From an uncultured Bacteroidales bacterium (GTDB taxonomy: Bacteria > Bacteroidota > Bacteroidia > Bacteroidales > VadinHA17), in the NCBI GenBank assembly GCA_963816365.1, contig CAWFKG010000005.1, forward strand, positions 351,650 through 415,649: a stretch of 64,000 nucleotides of DNA, given 5' to 3'. The notes beneath the pieces were generated by a model. It saw only the letters and a program-made list of their open reading frames with translations, was not told the origin of the DNA and made no database searches. Of the stretch, positions 61,187 through 64,000 are shown one piece after another. The translations under genes and the position numbers were made by a program. Position 1 is the stretch's first letter; every line of letters begins with the position of its first letter.

Positions 61187-62220
61187 CTAACCTAATTTTA
61201 CAACAAATGTGGAAAGAATAAGAATAATAATACCAATAGACAGTACAATCATGGTTTTCCTTTTCGCCCCTTTCCATTCATTCAGGAAGATTCCCCATAT
61301 ATTGCTTATTGCAATGTTAAGAGCCATCAGGATACTCCATCCAAAAACAGCCATTCCCTGCGGAAGTTTACTCGATCCCATTCCGAAAAAATGAAACTGA
61401 AGGAACCACAGGAATCCTGCCAGGAAGGTAAAGAAGAGATTATTCAGCAGAACACTGCCCGAGACAGAAAAATAATCCCTGTAGGTTTTATTTTTGATAT
61501 TCAGATAACCGCAATAAACCAGGTTAGTAATAAATCCTCCAAGAAGAATAAATATGAGAGATGGGATTTTTCTGAAATAGGGGATTCGTACCATGAGCCA
61601 GTGCTACAGTTTCTATGGGTTTACCCGATTCAAATCCGAAATTAAAACAAGCGCTCATCACACCTGCGAAGATGGCAATAAAAATTCCTTTCTTCAAGAG
61701 CAAATTCCTTAACCGCTGCTCTTTTCTCCTCCTCAGTCATCTCCCTGCTTTTAAGTGCGCCCGCATAACCAATGACTGCAATTCCGACAACTGTAATAGA
61801 CACCCCGATAATTGTTAATATTCCTGCTGTGGACGAAAAAAGATTGTCACCGGCAATTATTGGAGGAATTAAAGTTCCGAATGCAGCACAAAGCCCAAGT
61901 GCAATACTCTGCCCCAGAGCAACTCCCAGGATATCTGTATACTTAATCCAAATGTCAATCCGCCGAAACCCCATAGAGCACCAAAAAACATTGCCATAAG
62001 TTTTGCCCTGGAAGGTGCTTCATGAATTATTGAAAAGAGTTCTCCTTTCGGAACAAAAATAAATGCAAACAAAACAGGTGCTATCAGCCAGGCTGCAACT
62101 CCCTGACTTATCCAGTACGATTCCCATGCCCAGGACTTTACTTTTTTAAACGGCACATAAAAACTTGCGGCGCCAATGCTTCCCAGAGCTATCAGTAAGA
62201 TACCTGGTAAATGGATTCAT
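61187..62220 (-). CDS. rhaT: L-rhamnose/H+ symporter (frameshifted, at least 3 indels)
   Basis: SFYVPFKKVKSWAWESYW, GALWGFGGLTFG, LGVALGQSIALG..FGTLIPP, GGFITNLVYC, SNIWGIFLNEWKG. Confidence 0.88.
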
Positions 62221-62347
62221 TTAAAAATATTTAACTAGAGTGATCTGCAATTTATAAACTTTCAGCCATGAAAAAGACATTTCAGATATTTTTTTATTCA
62301 GACAATTTTTTATAACCTTGATATTAATTACCAATTCTTCAGAAATC

Positions 62348-64000
62348 ATGAAATCACTCAGACTCACGCTTATTTTTCTTTCTCTTTTCGGAGTTGCATG
62401 TTGCCCAGGATCTGTCTGTAAAAGATCTGACAGTGGATCATAAGATAAATCCTGTTGGTATCGGGAATAAACAGCCACGATTTTCGTGGAAGATTACCGG
62501 AACCGGTAATAATATAATGCAAACTGCATATTCATTGAAAGTTGCGACAGACGAATAAATTTTCCTCAAAGATTGTCTGGCAATCGGGAAAGATTGAATC
62601 AGGGGAATCAGTTCTTCAGCCATATAAAGGACCTGACCTTAAATCAGGACAGAGATATTTCTGGCAGGTAAAGATCTGGGACAACAAAGGAAAAGAATCA
62701 AAATGGAGCTGAAACAGCTTACTGGGAAATGGGACTGCTCTCACACATCTGACTGGAAAGCAAAATGGATTGAAATGGCAAACGATACTCCCAGATATTC
62801 CCCTTCACCGTATTTCAGAAAAGAATTCCCGGTAACCAGGAAAATTGCAGCTGCAAGAATATATGTTACGTCTCATGGCTTTTATGAACTTCAGCTGAAC
62901 GGGAAAAAAGTCGGAGACCAGGTGCTTACTCCGGGCTGGACATCCTATAGCAAAAGACTTCAGTATCAGGTATATGATGTAACCAAACTGCTCATAAAGG
63001 AAATAATGCAATTGGAGCTGTTCTTGGCGACGGCTGGTACAGGGGAACACTTGCCTGGGGAGATAACTGGGCAGTTTATGGAAAAAGACTTGGACTTCTT
63101 TTTCAGTTGAAAATTACTTATACGGATGGTTCCGCGTCACTCATTGTAAGCGATGAAACATGGAAAGCTTCAAATGACGGAGCGATCAGGATGAATGATA
63201 TTTATAACGGGGAGACTTATGATGCAACAAAAAAACTTACCGGATGGGATCAAACCGGGTTATGATGATAAAAACTGGCAAAATGTGAACACTGGAAATT
63301 ATAATAACAGCAACCTGATAGCTTCTGAAGGTTCTCCTGTAAGGAAAATTCAGGAAATAAAGCCGGTAAAAATATTCAGGACTCCAAAAGGCAGATCTCA
63401 TAGTTGATATGGGTCAGAATATGGTTGGCTGGTTAAGATTGAAGGTATCAGGTAACAAAGGAACTGTTGTTACCTTAAGGCATGCTGAGGTACTGGATAA
63501 ATACGGTGAGTTTTATACAACAAATCTTCGTGCTGCAAAATGTCAGCTAACTTATACTCTTGCAGGTACAGGAGAAGAGATCTATGAACCCACGATTTAC
63601 TTTTATGGGATTCAGATTTGTTGAAGTTACAGGATTCCCCGGTGAACTTACAACCGATAATCTTACAGGTGTAGTTGTTCATTCTGATATGCCTGTTACA
63701 GGAAGTTTGAATGTTCAAATCCTCTTCTGAATCAGCTGCAGCATAATATACAGTGGGGTCAGAAGGGCAATTTTGTTGATGTGCCGACCGATTGTCCGCA
63801 GAGGGACGAGCGTCTGGGCTGGACCGGAGATGCGCAGGCATTCTGCAGGACTGCAGCTTTTAACATGGATGTTTCATCATTTTTTACCAAATGGTTAAAG
63901 GATGTTGCTGCAGATCAGAAACCCGGTGGTGAAGTTCCTGATGTTATTCCGGATATTCTGAACAGACAGGGATGCTGTATCCGCTCAGCCTTCAGCCGGC
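62348..64000 (+). CDS. Alpha-L-rhamnosidase (GH78), heavily frameshifted, runs off the window
   Basis: NPVGI..QPRFSW, YFRKEF, YELQLNGKKVGD..TPGWTSY, DMGQNMVGW, LRHAE, VPTDCPQRDERLGWTGDAQ. Confidence 0.9.

Overview
This window looks like a chromosome segment from a Bacteroidota bacterium, probably an anaerobic Bacteroidales member. The evidence is TAnnTTTG promoters, TonB-dependent receptor and DUF4097/DUF5916-type genes, and a GH78/rha locus. It contains: (i) 0-15 kb: a methyltransferase, an MBL hydrolase, a TonB receptor, oxidoreductases and an ECF sigma/anti-sigma envelope locus; (ii) 15.5-23 kb: a sigma54-controlled adaptor/ABC/NtrC/histidine kinase operon; (iii) asnB; (iv) 25.2-49.6 kb: a redox locus of about 24 kb. 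That locus has six PQQ_2/BamB-like beta-propellers, an NHL propeller with CGCC, an unannotated 54-aa Cys-rich protein, a Tat-type polyferredoxin plus a NapH-like membrane protein, a fused NuoE/NuoF (HydC/HydB-like) subunit with electron-bifurcation signatures, a partner subunit lacking any catalytic domain, a CxxC-bearing GT4, a MacB-like ABC system, an FG-GAP protein, and a CuA-like cupredoxin fused to a membrane ferredoxin (the fusion is hidden by a frameshift); (v) VTC/DUF4956/DUF2490 genes, a TetR-EmrAB-TolC efflux cassette and an L-rhamnose utilisation locus. Several REP/MITE-like palindrome families are scattered through the window, and some lie inside coding sequence. Many single-base frameshifts cluster at 15-21 kb and 56-64 kb and are probably sequencing or assembly errors. 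No rRNA, tRNA, CRISPR array or transposase was seen. All family calls come from reading motifs by eye; no searches were run.
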